A stretch of 59,005 bases of DNA, counting the filler, from Ionaspis alba (Eukaryota), in NCBI GenBank assembly GCA_964255285.1. It is 4 parts of 4 records of this genome, joined end to end, with 100 filler letters (N's around TTAATTAATTAA, not from the genome) between each part and the next. Parts side by side here need not be neighbours in the genome. Positions count along the whole stretch, not along the records: positions 44,378 to 59,005 come from CAXUUL010000408.1; 3 more parts are not named here. The stretch is one strand, 5' to 3'. Below are positions 46,853-58,672 of this stretch, piece after piece (positions within the stretch are counted from its first letter, which is position 1; every line of letters starts with the position of its first letter). The notes under the pieces were generated by a model. It had not been told where the DNA came from. It ran no database searches and was given only the letters and a program-made list of their open reading frames with translations. The position numbers and the translations under genes are program-made.

Positions 46853-49593
46853 TCATAGATGTCTCCTAAACAGAGCCGGGTCGGGTGCATTCGGCGGCAG
46901 ATGCGGAGTTTCTGTTGGTGGTGGTGGAGGCGCACTTTTTCCTTCGCCAGTGAAGTACTTTGCAAACTCCTTGTTGTCCGGGAAAGGTCTGGGTCCAAGG
47001 ATGCGGATCAAATCATCTCGTCCTAGTGCTTCCTTGCTCAAAAGTTCCTCGGCGACTAGGCCAATTTCCTTTTTCTTCTCTAGAAGCAGCTCTTTGCATT
47101 GCTTGTAGGCCTCGTCAACGATCCGACGAACCTCGTGGTCAATGTTCCGCGCAGTTTCCTCTGAGAAAGGCTTGTGCAGTTTCTGTTCGTCGTCTTCGAA
47201 GTAGAGATACCCGACCTTGGTCGACATTCCCCACTTCGTAACCATAGCAGTGGCCATGCGCGTCACCTTGTTGAAATCGTCGCTCGCGCCGCTAGTGACT
47301 GTATCGAAGTGAAGTTCTTCTGAGACTCGGCCGGCGAGGGTCATCGCCATACGATCCATCAATTGGTTGACATTCATTAGGTAGGTGTCACCAGCTGGCA
47401 GGTATTGGGCGTAACCAAGAGCACCTTGGCCACGAGGGATAATAGAGACTTTGAGAAGTGGATCGGCGTATTTGAAGTACCATCCGCAGATGGCATGGCC
47501 GGCCTCGTGATAGGCCACGGTTTTCTTCTCTTCAGGACTGAGAACCAGGGACTTCTTCTCCAGGCCGCCGATCGTGCGTTCAATGGCTTGTTCGAAATGG
47601 ATCATGGCGACGCGGTCAGCGCTCGTTCGTGCAGCTACGCTTATAGTTAGTAAGTGTACGCTAAAAAGCTGAGAAGAACGAACGTACCGATCAATGCAGC
47701 CTCATTACAGCAATTGGCTATGTCTGCACCAGAGAAGCCAGGCGTGAGTGCTGCTAATCTTCCTGTGAGATGCTCCATGTCCTCGCTAGTAACGATCTTG
47801 CGGAGATGAACTAGGAAAATCTGTTTTCGTCCTTCCATAGTGGGTCGATCGATAGCAATGTGCCTATCAAATCGACCAGGACGCATTAATGCCGAGTCCA
47901 AAACATCAGGTCTGTTGGTACCGGCAAGAACCACGACTTGATCTGAGGTGTTGAACCCATCCATTTCAGTCAGAATCTGATTCAGGGTGGCTTCTCTTTC
48001 ATCGTTGCCACCTCCGAAAGTCTGCTTCGCTCTCGACTTTCCAATGGCATCGATTTCATCAATGAAGATAATGCATGGTGTGCTCTTCCTGGCATTTGCG
48101 AAGAGATCTCTCACCCTTGATGGTCCAACACCAACGAACATCTCCACGAATTCTGACCCACTGACACTGAAGAAGGGTACTTGCGACTCGCCCGCAGTTG
48201 CCTTTGCAAGCAAAGTCTTACCCGTACCTGGAGGACCTGATAGAATGGCGCCACGAGGTATCTTGGCACCTAACCTCTGAAATTGGCCAGGCTCTTTGAG
48301 AAAACTGACAAACTCCATGATTTCTTGCTTCGCCTCATCCATGCCCGCGACATCCTTAAACCTGACCTTGATCTCCGTCTCATGGTTGAACTTCTTGGCC
48401 CTACTTTTTCCCATCCCGAATATGCCTCCGCCTCCACCTCCGGCACCACCTCCAGCCCGTCTCGAAAAGTAGAATAGAGCGCCAATGAAGAGAAGGGTAG
48501 GAGCAAAAGATAGAATTGTACTTCCGAGAGGGATCTCGCTAGTGTATGACACAGGTATTCGCTCGCCACTCGGTATTCCCAACTCTTTCTGGGCCTCATC
48601 AAGACGACGTTCGAATCCCTCTGCAGATCCGATGGTGAAATAGTAGTGGAAGTTGCTGTGAACGGCTGGAGATTCGGGATGCATCTGGGCAACATTCTCG
48701 CGGTGTACATCGACTCGGACCCGGCTTTGGTTTATGACAGTGAGTTTCTCCACCAAGCCCTTGTCCAAGAACGCCGTCCTGAATTCTTGCCAAGTAATCT
48801 CTTTCGAGTTTTCAGAAGGAACAACAAATCGGTATAGGAGGTATGCCGTGAACGCTGTAACGAGGAATGTGCCGGTATCGATTTTGACTTCGGGAACCTT
48901 AAATTCAGTTCTGGGGGGAGTATTCTGCTCCTTCTTCTCGCCCTCCTGCTTCGCCTTTTCCTGTTCTTGTCTGGGTCCTTCTTGCCCCTGAGCTTTAACG
49001 GACTCATTGACTGCCTTCTCCGCGGCCTGCCGTGCCATCTTACTAGTCAGTCTGACCAGTCTGGCCGCAGTAGCCAGTGTAAGTGGATCACCACGGTTGA
49101 GACTGTCCATGATCTCCCTGATTTCGGGTGGGAAGCCATGTTTCTTGATGTCCTCAAAAGCTTTCTCGAGATCCTTTCCAAGATGGGTTGGTAGACCTTT
49201 CTTAACTGTCGCCAGTACATCATCTAGGGCCTGCTGTTCTTGAGGTGTGATCTTTGGAGGTGGAGGATCGATCTTGCTTTCCTTCGTTGGGGGTGATAGC
49301 GCACTCCCTTTATAGGTTTGCTCGAATCCGGGTGGCGCCTTACCAGGCTTCGAGTCATTCTGCGCTACCGACTTTTCATCTTTCTTGTCTTTCTCGTTCT
49401 CCTTCTTGTTCTCGTTGGGGTTTTTCGGGGGCTCTGGATTGATAGTGGCGTATGTCCGTATCCGGCAGGCCGCGAGTTGTGATCGATTAGATAAGTACAC
49501 GCTAGGGTATCTGCGTGAGGTACGGTATGAGTCTTGAAGTCCTGAGCGAGAGAGTCGTGCGAGATTGCCTGATCGTCGTAGCAGCGTGGTCAT
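46853..49593 (-). CDS. YTA12: Mitochondrial m-AAA protease (Yta12/Afg3/FtsH family), 2 exons
   Basis: Arg/Ser-rich presequence; Walker A GPPGTGKT, Walker [35 protein letters not shown] metal site. Confidence 0.93.
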
Positions 49594-50160
49594 GATCGAT
49601 CAATGATGCGGCGCTGCTGGCCGGGTCCTCGGAACGGCAGCCAATCTCTCAGCTCATATATGTGAGGCGTTGGCAGCGAGGCTCGAGTTACTAGAGGGGC
49701 ATGAATGAAGGAATCGGTGGGAAATCAACGAAGATATATGTGAAAGGAATAGAAATGATACCGAATTCCAAACCATCACGTATGACGAGTCCAAATGCAC
49801 CAAACTTTCGACGTCTCGCTTACATAGCATTTATTAGCGCATTTTCGACCGCCTACGCCGCTTCTTAGCACTATCACTATGAACAACCGTTTCAGGACCC
49901 ATATCAGTAAATCTCATAAATCGGCACGTTTAGCTTCTGGCAATCTACTAGTATGTATTACAGACTTGGTACGATGCTATTAATCGCCCCATGAGTTGCC
50001 AAAGCATTGAGAGAAGCCATCAACATAATTTATAGTTGATCGACTATGTAAGACTCGATTTACGTCAAAAGTGGAAACGACCTTGTTTGGTATCTCAATC
50101 AGAAAAGGTACAGAAACTTGCAAGGGTCCACGTTGTGCCTTAGTCTGTATTGATTAACAA

Positions 50161-51362
50161 TCATTTTTTGATCTTCTGATCGGCCTTGACCTGGAGTTTC
50201 TTGTTGGTACTGTCAGGCATCTTCGGACTCAAGACCGGCACGAACATCCCAACTTTCTTCTGATACTCTGCATACTCGGGGTACTTGCCACTGGTAATGA
50301 GCTCCGTGAGCCAGGTCGAGCCTTGAAAGAGTGCGAGATAGGCCAAAGCACCTACACCGGACCAGTTGTAGTAGGTCTGGGTCACATTGCAGGACCACAA
50401 ATACAAGCACACCCAGATCGACTGCTCTGCTGCAAAGTTCGGATGTCGACTATAAGCCCAGAGACCGCTGGAGAGAAACCCTCGGTCGAGATCCTTTTGA
50501 TTGTAGCCGGGTCGAACCTTTCCAGATTTCTTATATTCTGCCTTTGCACTTTGGTAATCTGAAGATGTCAGACGCGACTTAGGTGATAAGAATACCCGGC
50601 AAAGACTCACTCCATTGCTGCTGATCAGCGGTTGCAGCAGTTGCGATCAATGCTGCAATCGTGGACGAGAAAATCATATCCAGGCCAGAGAGGCCCTCTC
50701 CAGTGAGCCGCGAAGCCAGGAGAAGTACATAGGATGGTAACGAAATGGAAAAGAGCAGAACCTATCACGACATCAGCTGCAGACTTCGAGGAGAAGCAGT
50801 CAAAACCTACGCTTTGGATGAAAGAAATGAAGGTCACGTTGAAAATGAAAAACAGAGCGGGACTGATATTCTTCCTCAGGATCTCCCATCGATAGTCCTC
50901 AGAGCCGATATTGTAGCCGCCTTTTCTCCAGTAATTGAAGGTCAACCTCATCTGTCCTAGTCAATTACGCCAATATAAGTTGGCGAGGGCGGCACGACTT
51001 ACGCTCCACAACGTACTAATGGCGAGCACCGTGTCGAGTCGTTGCGTAGGCAGGCCAACGGCATGAGCATACAAGGCAAAATGTGCATTATATACAGTTG
51101 GAAGAATACTCCAGAATCGATCTACTTGTGAATAGTTCTTATTGATCTCTGATGCAACCAGGAAGATCGCGCCCAAGAAGATAGAAAAGACAAAAGCGGA
51201 TATTAAAGGGTTTGTTGCCACATAAAGTACTTTGAGTCCTTGAGGGTTTGATATAGTTTGGACGATCTGTTGTGGGAAGTCGTAGACCTGATTCATATAC
51301 GGGCTCACTGTCTTGCTATAGTCGACGCAATCCGTCAGGGTTTTGACTACTGGTAGAGCCAT
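50161..51362 (-). CDS. DUF1295 family membrane protein (steroid 5-alpha-reductase-like), multi-exon
   Basis: NYSQVDRFWSILP, RLTFNYWRKGGY..GSEDYRW, ADQQQW, GLWAYSRHPNFAAEQSIW, KYPEYAEYQKKVG. Confidence 0.9.
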
Positions 51363-51699
51363 GATGAAGTTTTGTATCCAAAAACGAGTGAGAGTTGAAA
51401 TGAAGGATGCAATAAGCTGCATACGAGAGAATTATGGCAGGAAATCTCCTGAGTGTCGGGGCATCATGATGCAATGCCAAGTTTTGCAATCTTGAAATAC
51501 CTTTAGACCCTGAGAAGCCGAAGGAGCCGAAGGAGCCGAGAAGCGCTTCTCGCTTCCGTACCGAGGATCAGATAAGGACTACATCACGAAACAACACACA
51601 AAAACAGAGAAGTTTATTCGTGTTTTCTACGCGAAGTTAGTACTAGCGCACCATGGATATACATCGTTACGAGCAGATACGCTCAATTGAGATCGACGA

Positions 51700-54008
51700 A
51701 TGGCACCAAGGATTCTTTGTGTAGCAGAGAAGCCTGCAATTGCAAAAGCCGTAGCTAATCACTTGGCTGGCGGCCATGTGAACACCGTAAGAAACTGTGG
51801 TAGAAGTTGCGGGATGTACTGGCTGATTTTCAACGCAGAGAAACATCAATGGCAATCAATATGTCAAAAATTACGAGTTTGACTTTGCCTTCGGTCAGCC
51901 ATGGGGAAATTGTTCGGTTACGATGACCAGCGTAATCGGTCATCTAACAGAAAACGAGTTCGACGCCAGATATAAGCAGTGGCATTCGTGCACTCCTTCA
52001 GCTCTGTTCGATGCCCGGGTCAATGTAGTTGTCAATTCTGTGAGTATGAAGAACGGAACATCTTCTGTGGATGGCAGCGTCTTACGAGGTCCCAGGACAA
52101 GAAATCCATAGCCGAGAACATCATTCAACAAGCTCGATACGCGAAAGGTCTCTTTATCTGGACAGACTGTGATAGAGAAGGGGAGCATATTGGCGCAGAA
52201 GTCCGGGAGGCAGCACTCAAGGGCAACAACCGGCTTGAGGTCAAGAGGGCGAGATTCAGTAACACCGAGAGAGCGTTCGTACCATGGAACCAATGAGCTC
52301 ATCTTGTGATTAAAAAGCTGACGTAGACTGCTACAGCCATGTGCTCAGGGCTGCACTCAATCCAATCAATCTCGATGATCGACAAGTCAATGCTGTTGCA
52401 GCCCGTATGGAGATTGATCTTCGGCTCGGAGCATGTTTCACCAGGTTCCAGACGCTTAATATCCAGAGTCTGTCCGAAAGCTTGGCAGATCGTGTGATTA
52501 GCTATGGTGCGAGTTCTCAGACCCTCCTACAAATTTGAGGGGTGCGAATCTGACCCCGGAAACAGGATCATGTCAATTCCCGACTCTGGGCTTCGTAGTA
52601 GACCGTTACTTCAGGGTAAAGAACTTTGTACCCGAACAGTTCTGGAGCATCAAAATCATACATCGACGAGATGATATCAATGTCACCTTCCTATGGCGTC
52701 GTCATCGATTGTTCGACCGGATGGCCGTTACCATTTTATTCGAGAGGTGCCTCAATGCTCGAACCGCTAGAGTGACCAAGATTCAACAGAAGCCTACAAG
52801 CAAGTGGCGACCTTTACCGTTGACAACCGTGGAGCTGCAGAAGCTCGGGAGCATGTTTCTGCGCATGGACAGTCAGAAAGTGATGAAGGTAACGTGCGTT
52901 ATTCGGTACATGTGATCAATCCTACTAATTGCTTGAAGATAGCTGAAGACCTCTATACCAAGGGTTTTATAAGCTACCCTAGAACGGAAACAGATATCTT
53001 CGACAGGGGGATCGATCTGAGGAAGCTTGTCGAGAAGCAAGTGCAAGATCCTACTTGGGGTAACTATGCACAGGAGTAAGTCAAAAAGCCGAGGCCCATA
53101 GAGACGAAAAGCACGTCCGCTAATACATTCCTATCCAAAGTCTCCTGACAAATAAGTTCCAGCGACCCCGATCCGGACATCACAACGATCAAGCCCATCC
53201 CCCTATTCATCCCGTCAATTACGTCAACCCACAGACACTCTCTGCCGACGCCTCTCGCGTCTACGAGTTCATCGTCCGCCGCTTCCTCGCAGTCTGCTCT
53301 CCTGACGCTGTCGGCTCCCGGACCACCATCGAGCTAACCTATGGATCCGAGATCTTCCACGCCTCAGGCCTAATTGTCATCGAACGCAACTACCTCGATA
53401 TCTATGTCTATGATCGCTGGGAGAGTACACAAACCCTTCCTCAATTCACACTTGGTGAAGTCTTCGAGCCGATGGAGGCCGAGATGACGCAAGGCGAGAC
53501 TGGGCCACCGGGGTACCTCACAGAGCCAGAACTAATCGCGCTGATGGACGCGAATGGTATCGGAACTGACGCTACCATGGCGGAGCATATTGCAAAGATT
53601 AAAGAACGGTCTTATGTGGAGACTAGACCACGAGGAAATACCGGAGGCGGACGGGATACTCAAGCTCCTACACGAGGACGCGGGTCCCGAGGCGGCCGCG
53701 GTGGAAGAGGTGGCGCTGCAAGCAATGCACGTGGGGGAGGCGGTGGGGTCCTAGAGTTTATCCCAACCACTCTCGGCACTGCCCTCATCACTGCTTATGA
53801 TAGCCTCGATCTACCGACCAGTTTGGGTAAGCCCTTCTTGAGAAAGGAAATGGAGGAGAAGATGCGGGAGATTTGTGCGGGGACGAAGACGAAAGAGGAG
53901 TTCATAAGGGAAACGGTGGATGGCTACCGGGCTGTTTATGCCACCGCGGAGGGGAGAGTCGAGGTATTGAGAGGGGCAGTGAGGAGGTATGTCCTTGGGC
54001 AGGGATGA
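51700..54008 (+). CDS. TOP3: DNA topoisomerase III (type IA), multi-exon
   Basis: ILCVAEKP, MTSVIGHL, WTDCDREGEHIG, SYGSCQFPTLGFVV, GFISYPRTE (catalytic Tyr), DQAHPPIHP, GIGTDAT. Confidence 0.96.
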
Positions 54009-54782
54009 TGATGAATATTGCTCGAGCTGAATTCTACTTGTTTTTGGTTCGCGTTGATACCCGTACTTTGCAGACACGCTTCCAATCAAATTCTATTCCA
54101 CGCTACAACGTTCATCGTCAGACTCTTATAAATGACAGGCGATGGATTTAATTACACCAACAAGCTGAGTACCTCTTATGCTGATGAGGTTCTTCCTGCA
54201 TCTTGGTTTGCAGAATAACATGTCAAATGCCACAAGAGGACTCGTGAAGTCTCTCCCTCATAATAACACAAAGAGGGATAGGATTCTAATACAATTCTGC
54301 ACGTCTCGCCTTGTGCAAGCCACAAGCCACAAACCCAGCTCCCAGGCTGACTGGAGTAAATACGGCCGAGACCATCATGAGCCGTCTGCGATGTCCCTAC
54401 GTACACTAAATCGCAAGCCGACATGAACGACTCGGCGAACTGCGTCCCCCAGGTCGTGGGTGCAGGTCGCGGCTTTTTGTGCTGCTGATGCGACCCTCTC
54501 TGGGGAGGGGGAAACAGAGTATGTGGTTTCGAGGTGCTTTGCCTCGTGGGTGCGGAGAAAGGTTTTTCTTTTTGGTCAGTGAGAGCTGTGGATGGTTAGA
54601 TGTATTTCTAAGGGAGGGACCTCCTGGTCAGGGTGCCATTCTTCTGGATGTTTTATGTCTGATTCTCCGTCTTGTTATCGAAATCAAGTTCTCGTTATAC
54701 TTCCTCTTCTTTAAGGCCGCCTTTCAACAGATCCTTCGAGCAGTGGCTGGGTCTACTTGCCTTTTTTTCTCTGTCCTTCAAG

Positions 54783-56176
54783 ATGGCTCAATCAAGTGTC
54801 CAGGTGATTGCTCTTTGCATCATCTTCAGTGCGCTGTCTGTGGGCTTTGTGGGGCTGCGCTGGTGGGCGAGGAGGATCAAAGGTCTGGAGCTGAAGATGG
54901 ATGATTTCCTTGTCTTTGCGGCTACGGTAAGTCCTCTCCGTGACCTATGTAGAGGAGGGCGGAGTACTAATGGGCGATAGATTCTCTTCATAATCTTCTT
55001 GGTTGTGCCGCTGATTATCAGTGAGTAGCCCGAGGAAGCGCCACTGTAAGAAATGGTTACTGATGTTGCTTCCAACTGTCAGTGTGCGTAAAGTCAGGAT
55101 TTGGAGACCATATCCAGTTCAACGAGGATGGCGAACCGCTTCGTCCGTCTTATCTTTTCAATCTTGTGCGTATACGGCAGAGAGGTCCTCCAGGCCAACC
55201 GCTGTGCTGACCCCATGCAGTGTCAATTAATCTTCACGACCGCTGCCTGTGTGCCAATTGTCATCACCAAATGCAGCATCCTCTTCTTCTACAGGAGAAT
55301 CTTCCGTGGAACTGCCTTCTCTATTGTCAACTGGACCACGCTCGGTCTCGTCGTCGCATAGATGATTGCCTTCTTCTTCGCAATCCTATTCTCGTGTACC
55401 CCAATTGACAAGTCCCTCAACAACGATCCTGATCCTATTGTCAAGTGCATTGATGATGTCACCCTGTTCTATGCTGGAGCAGGTTCGGATATTGCAGTCG
55501 ACTTTATCATTCTGTTCATCCCTTGGCCTTTCATCTGGAAACTGCAAATGTCGACCAAAAATAAGATCGCTGTGACTTCTGTTTTCTTCTTCGGTATTCT
55601 GTAAGTAGCCATTTGTCACGAAGTAAAATGAAAAACAGACAGAGCTAACATGATAACTTCAGAACTATCGCATCGGGCATAGCGAGAATGGCGGAATTCA
55701 TAAAGACCATAAAACTGTCAAACGAGGGAGACCCCGATTATACTTGTACGCCGCAGATAGGATATGTATATACTCGTTACAACCCCAGCTAACCATTCTC
55801 TACAGATTATGATGCCCCCGTCCTCTACTGGACAATGCTCGAGTCCGCCCTCGCCATCGTCAGCGCTTGCCTTCCCACTCTGAAACCACTCTTCCAAGGC
55901 TGGTCATCCAAATATTCTAGTGACAATCGAGAAGGCAGGTTACCACTACAGTCCAGGCACAACAGCGAATGGCAGTATAAGAAGGCACCAAGCATCACCT
56001 ACCACTCGAAGCTATCCAAATCTTCAATCAAACCTCTGCATCCGCGCTCGCCTCCTTCAGCAAACAAGACCGTTGTTGCTGCGGCGGGCCGCACTCAGCC
56101 AATGGAGCTACCAGCTATGCCGTCAAATAGGATCTTGGTGCATCAGGGCTGGTCGAGATACGACAGTAATGTGTGA
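54783..56176 (+). CDS. PTH11-like rhodopsin-domain GPCR (no CFEM), 6 exons, with one in-frame TAG at 55359-55361 (edited gene or young pseudogene)
   Basis: LRWWARR...MDDFLV, TKCSILFFYRRIF, SCTPI, SDIAVDFIILFIPWPFIWKLQM...K, WTMLESALAIVSACLPTLKP; five GT-AG introns restore the frame; the only lesion seen is VVA-TAG-MIAFF. Confidence 0.85.
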
Positions 56177-57105
56177 GCTTGGAGAAACAGGAGTAATACG
56201 TTTAGGGAAATGAGTGGAGTTCTTCTCCCTAGAGATAGACGGCTGGTCAGGGGTACAACTAAAGGTAGACTTCTTCAGATAGCTGAAATCGAATAATTTG
56301 AACGGTCGGCCGGAGGGGCGTAATCATCACCCAAGAAAGAGGGAAGCCTTAGCAATCCATAACGGTCATAAGGCTCAATAAACTTTTTGCAAATCTCTTC
56401 TGATCTGTTTTTGCACCTTTCGTGCCTCACGCCTCGACTTCACCTAGTTGCCATAAAATGCCCTACGAGAATCCCCTCTACCCCAAATCAGCCTATGCAC
56501 GACATCGTTGCATCATTCCTTCTCCTACAGATTCAGATACGCTTCGGTAATGCAGTGCCGCGAGAATAGTTGACCTAATCATTCCTAAGATGCCTTTCAC
56601 CCAGATCGTCGGGGCGCACAAGCCACTAATGCAATGCCACGATCCCACAAATATCTGCGGAGTCCGGGCCGCTGCCGTCTTGCTGCATGATATGCTTGTC
56701 TGTATAACCGCACCGTTTGCAAGTTATGCTTTGGTTCTGTTCTTTTGTTGGTGAAGTCGTTGATGACAGCTCTGCGTCTACGTAGGGTACCGCAGACACT
56801 ACGGATAGTGAACAGCCGAACCATGATCCATGGCGACTTATCAGGAAGAACAGAATGCGGTGGGTTGTGGGCGATTTGGCACGGTGCGCTATTGGTGCTA
56901 CGCCGTGTTCCTTATGCCGAAGCTTGATACTGTCCTATTGCTTGTAGAAAATACCTGTCAACTTCTGCGTTACCGTATGTTTCGAGGTATGCATGCTTAC
57001 CGCGAGGATATGGAAGACGAGCCCTGATTTTAGCGATAGCACTCGCTTCCAGCAATTGTGCCAATCTGCTTAGCGACTCTTTCAATTGAGGCATTAAGAA
57101 GCATC

Positions 57106-58672
57106 TTAGCACTGAAGTGCTATAGGAGTTCCGGTCGATTGTTTAGTGTCGTTGACTTCGATCACCATGGATTTTTGTGCCATTCCTACTTCATACCCGA
57201 GCATTATTGACGATATTGCTTCCTGTCCATTGGTATGGGTCGAGTTGGAGCTGTCAGACCTTTCGGAGTCTAAAGGAGTCGCAGCTGGAATTCTTGCAGA
57301 CTCTGATGGAGAGCTTTGCGCCGTTGGGAAGGCTTGCTCTGGTACTGCGCTTGCAGCGGCACTTGGAAAAACATTACTTGGACGGTGCAGCCTGATGTGA
57401 TCCACTGCTATTTCCTGGGCAACCCGATCCAATCTCTTTGTCTGCGTTGCAATGTATTCCTCTGTCAAACTTGCGATCCTATTCAGCTCCAAGTATTTGT
57501 CCAGCTTGATATAGCACACTCCATTATCGGCGCTAAATCTCTCATAGCGAAAGTCACCTTTCGAGATCCACGCAAGCTGTCCCATAACGTTAGCAGTTTG
57601 TTCCGAGTTCACGGCTATCTCTGTCAAGGTTCGTTTCAAAAAGACACCCATGCGGATGAATCCTGGTAAAAAGCTAACGAGAACATCTCGTCGACGTTCA
57701 GATAAGTTGTCGGCTTTAGTGCCAGTCCCGAGATTCACGAATCGGACCTTAGTAAAATCCAGAGTACCGTGAGTAGCTGCTGCTACATTATTCATGTCGT
57801 CGCTCATTGACGGTTTCCTTGCAGCTCGAGCACGGACTGCTTCCGTATAGTGATAGTGAAGAGCTTGAGATGGATTGTTGTATTCCATGCCACCGTCGAC
57901 GAAACACCGCTTCTCTATCTCAGCAACTGGAAAGAAAGTGGGTGCTGCCGATGTTGCTCGAGCAGCGTCACAAATGGTAGACTCTGGTTGATGTTGACAA
58001 GGAAGGCTGCAGAGGCAAACAGGCTCCTGCTTCAATTCTGAATACTTTGATATTGTGGAGTGCTCCCTGCACACCACGGCGCTGTATCGGTTCAGAAAAT
58101 TATAAGCTCAAAGGGGCGGCTGGCTAACTCACCACGCCATTCTCTCCTCCTCCTCTCCACGATGAATCATAGCGTGGTCTTTATCTAGTCCACGTTCATG
58201 TAAAAGGTTCCTTACACTCTCTCTCAATGCTTCGCCAGAATATCTTGCAGTGGCCAGACCTCGAGTAATCTTGCCCCGAACATGCTTCTTTTTAAAGACA
58301 GTTTTGGATAACTCGTAGTATTTGTCAATACACGCCTCGACACTCATTCCAAGTTTACCAAGCATGATGGCAATCAGTCCACCTGTGCTCGTGCCCCCGG
58401 CAAAACGAAAGATATCTTGAGGACAGAGATCACTGTCCGATGCCTTGAGATATCTTTTGGCCTTAAGATTTGCATTGATACGTATCATCAGGGTTTGAAG
58501 AATGAGAAGAGATGATAGGCCTCGGACGCCGCCCCCATCTGTAGGAACGATGTCTTAGCTCATAAACGACGAGACTATAAGCTGGGAAGAACTCGATTAT
58601 ACCTAAGACAAGCACATTCATCATCGGAAGTTCCGATACGTATTTTTGCAAGGCTGCAATATTATCAACCAT
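57106..58672 (-). CDS. Patatin-like phospholipase (iPLA2-gamma-like), 3 exons
   Basis: LVL|DGGGVRGLSSL, GTSTGG nucleophile elbow, AARATSAAPTFF, FVDGG..NNP, NLGTG. Confidence 0.92.

Noticed and set aside
51512..51546. Short GAAGGAGCC repeats in the DUF1295/TOP3 divergent promoter
   Set aside because: Only 2-3 short units, consistent with slippage; no spacers and nothing CRISPR-like
36720..55361. TAD3 close to the TAG-containing GPCR as a linked editing system
   Set aside because: Different contigs, and TAD3 is a universal tRNA-editing gene, so its presence is not evidence for mRNA editing
56380..57100. Possible small gene or remnant between the GPCR and the patatin
   Set aside because: Several short ORFs and splice-like sites, but no consistent spliced frame or recognisable motif
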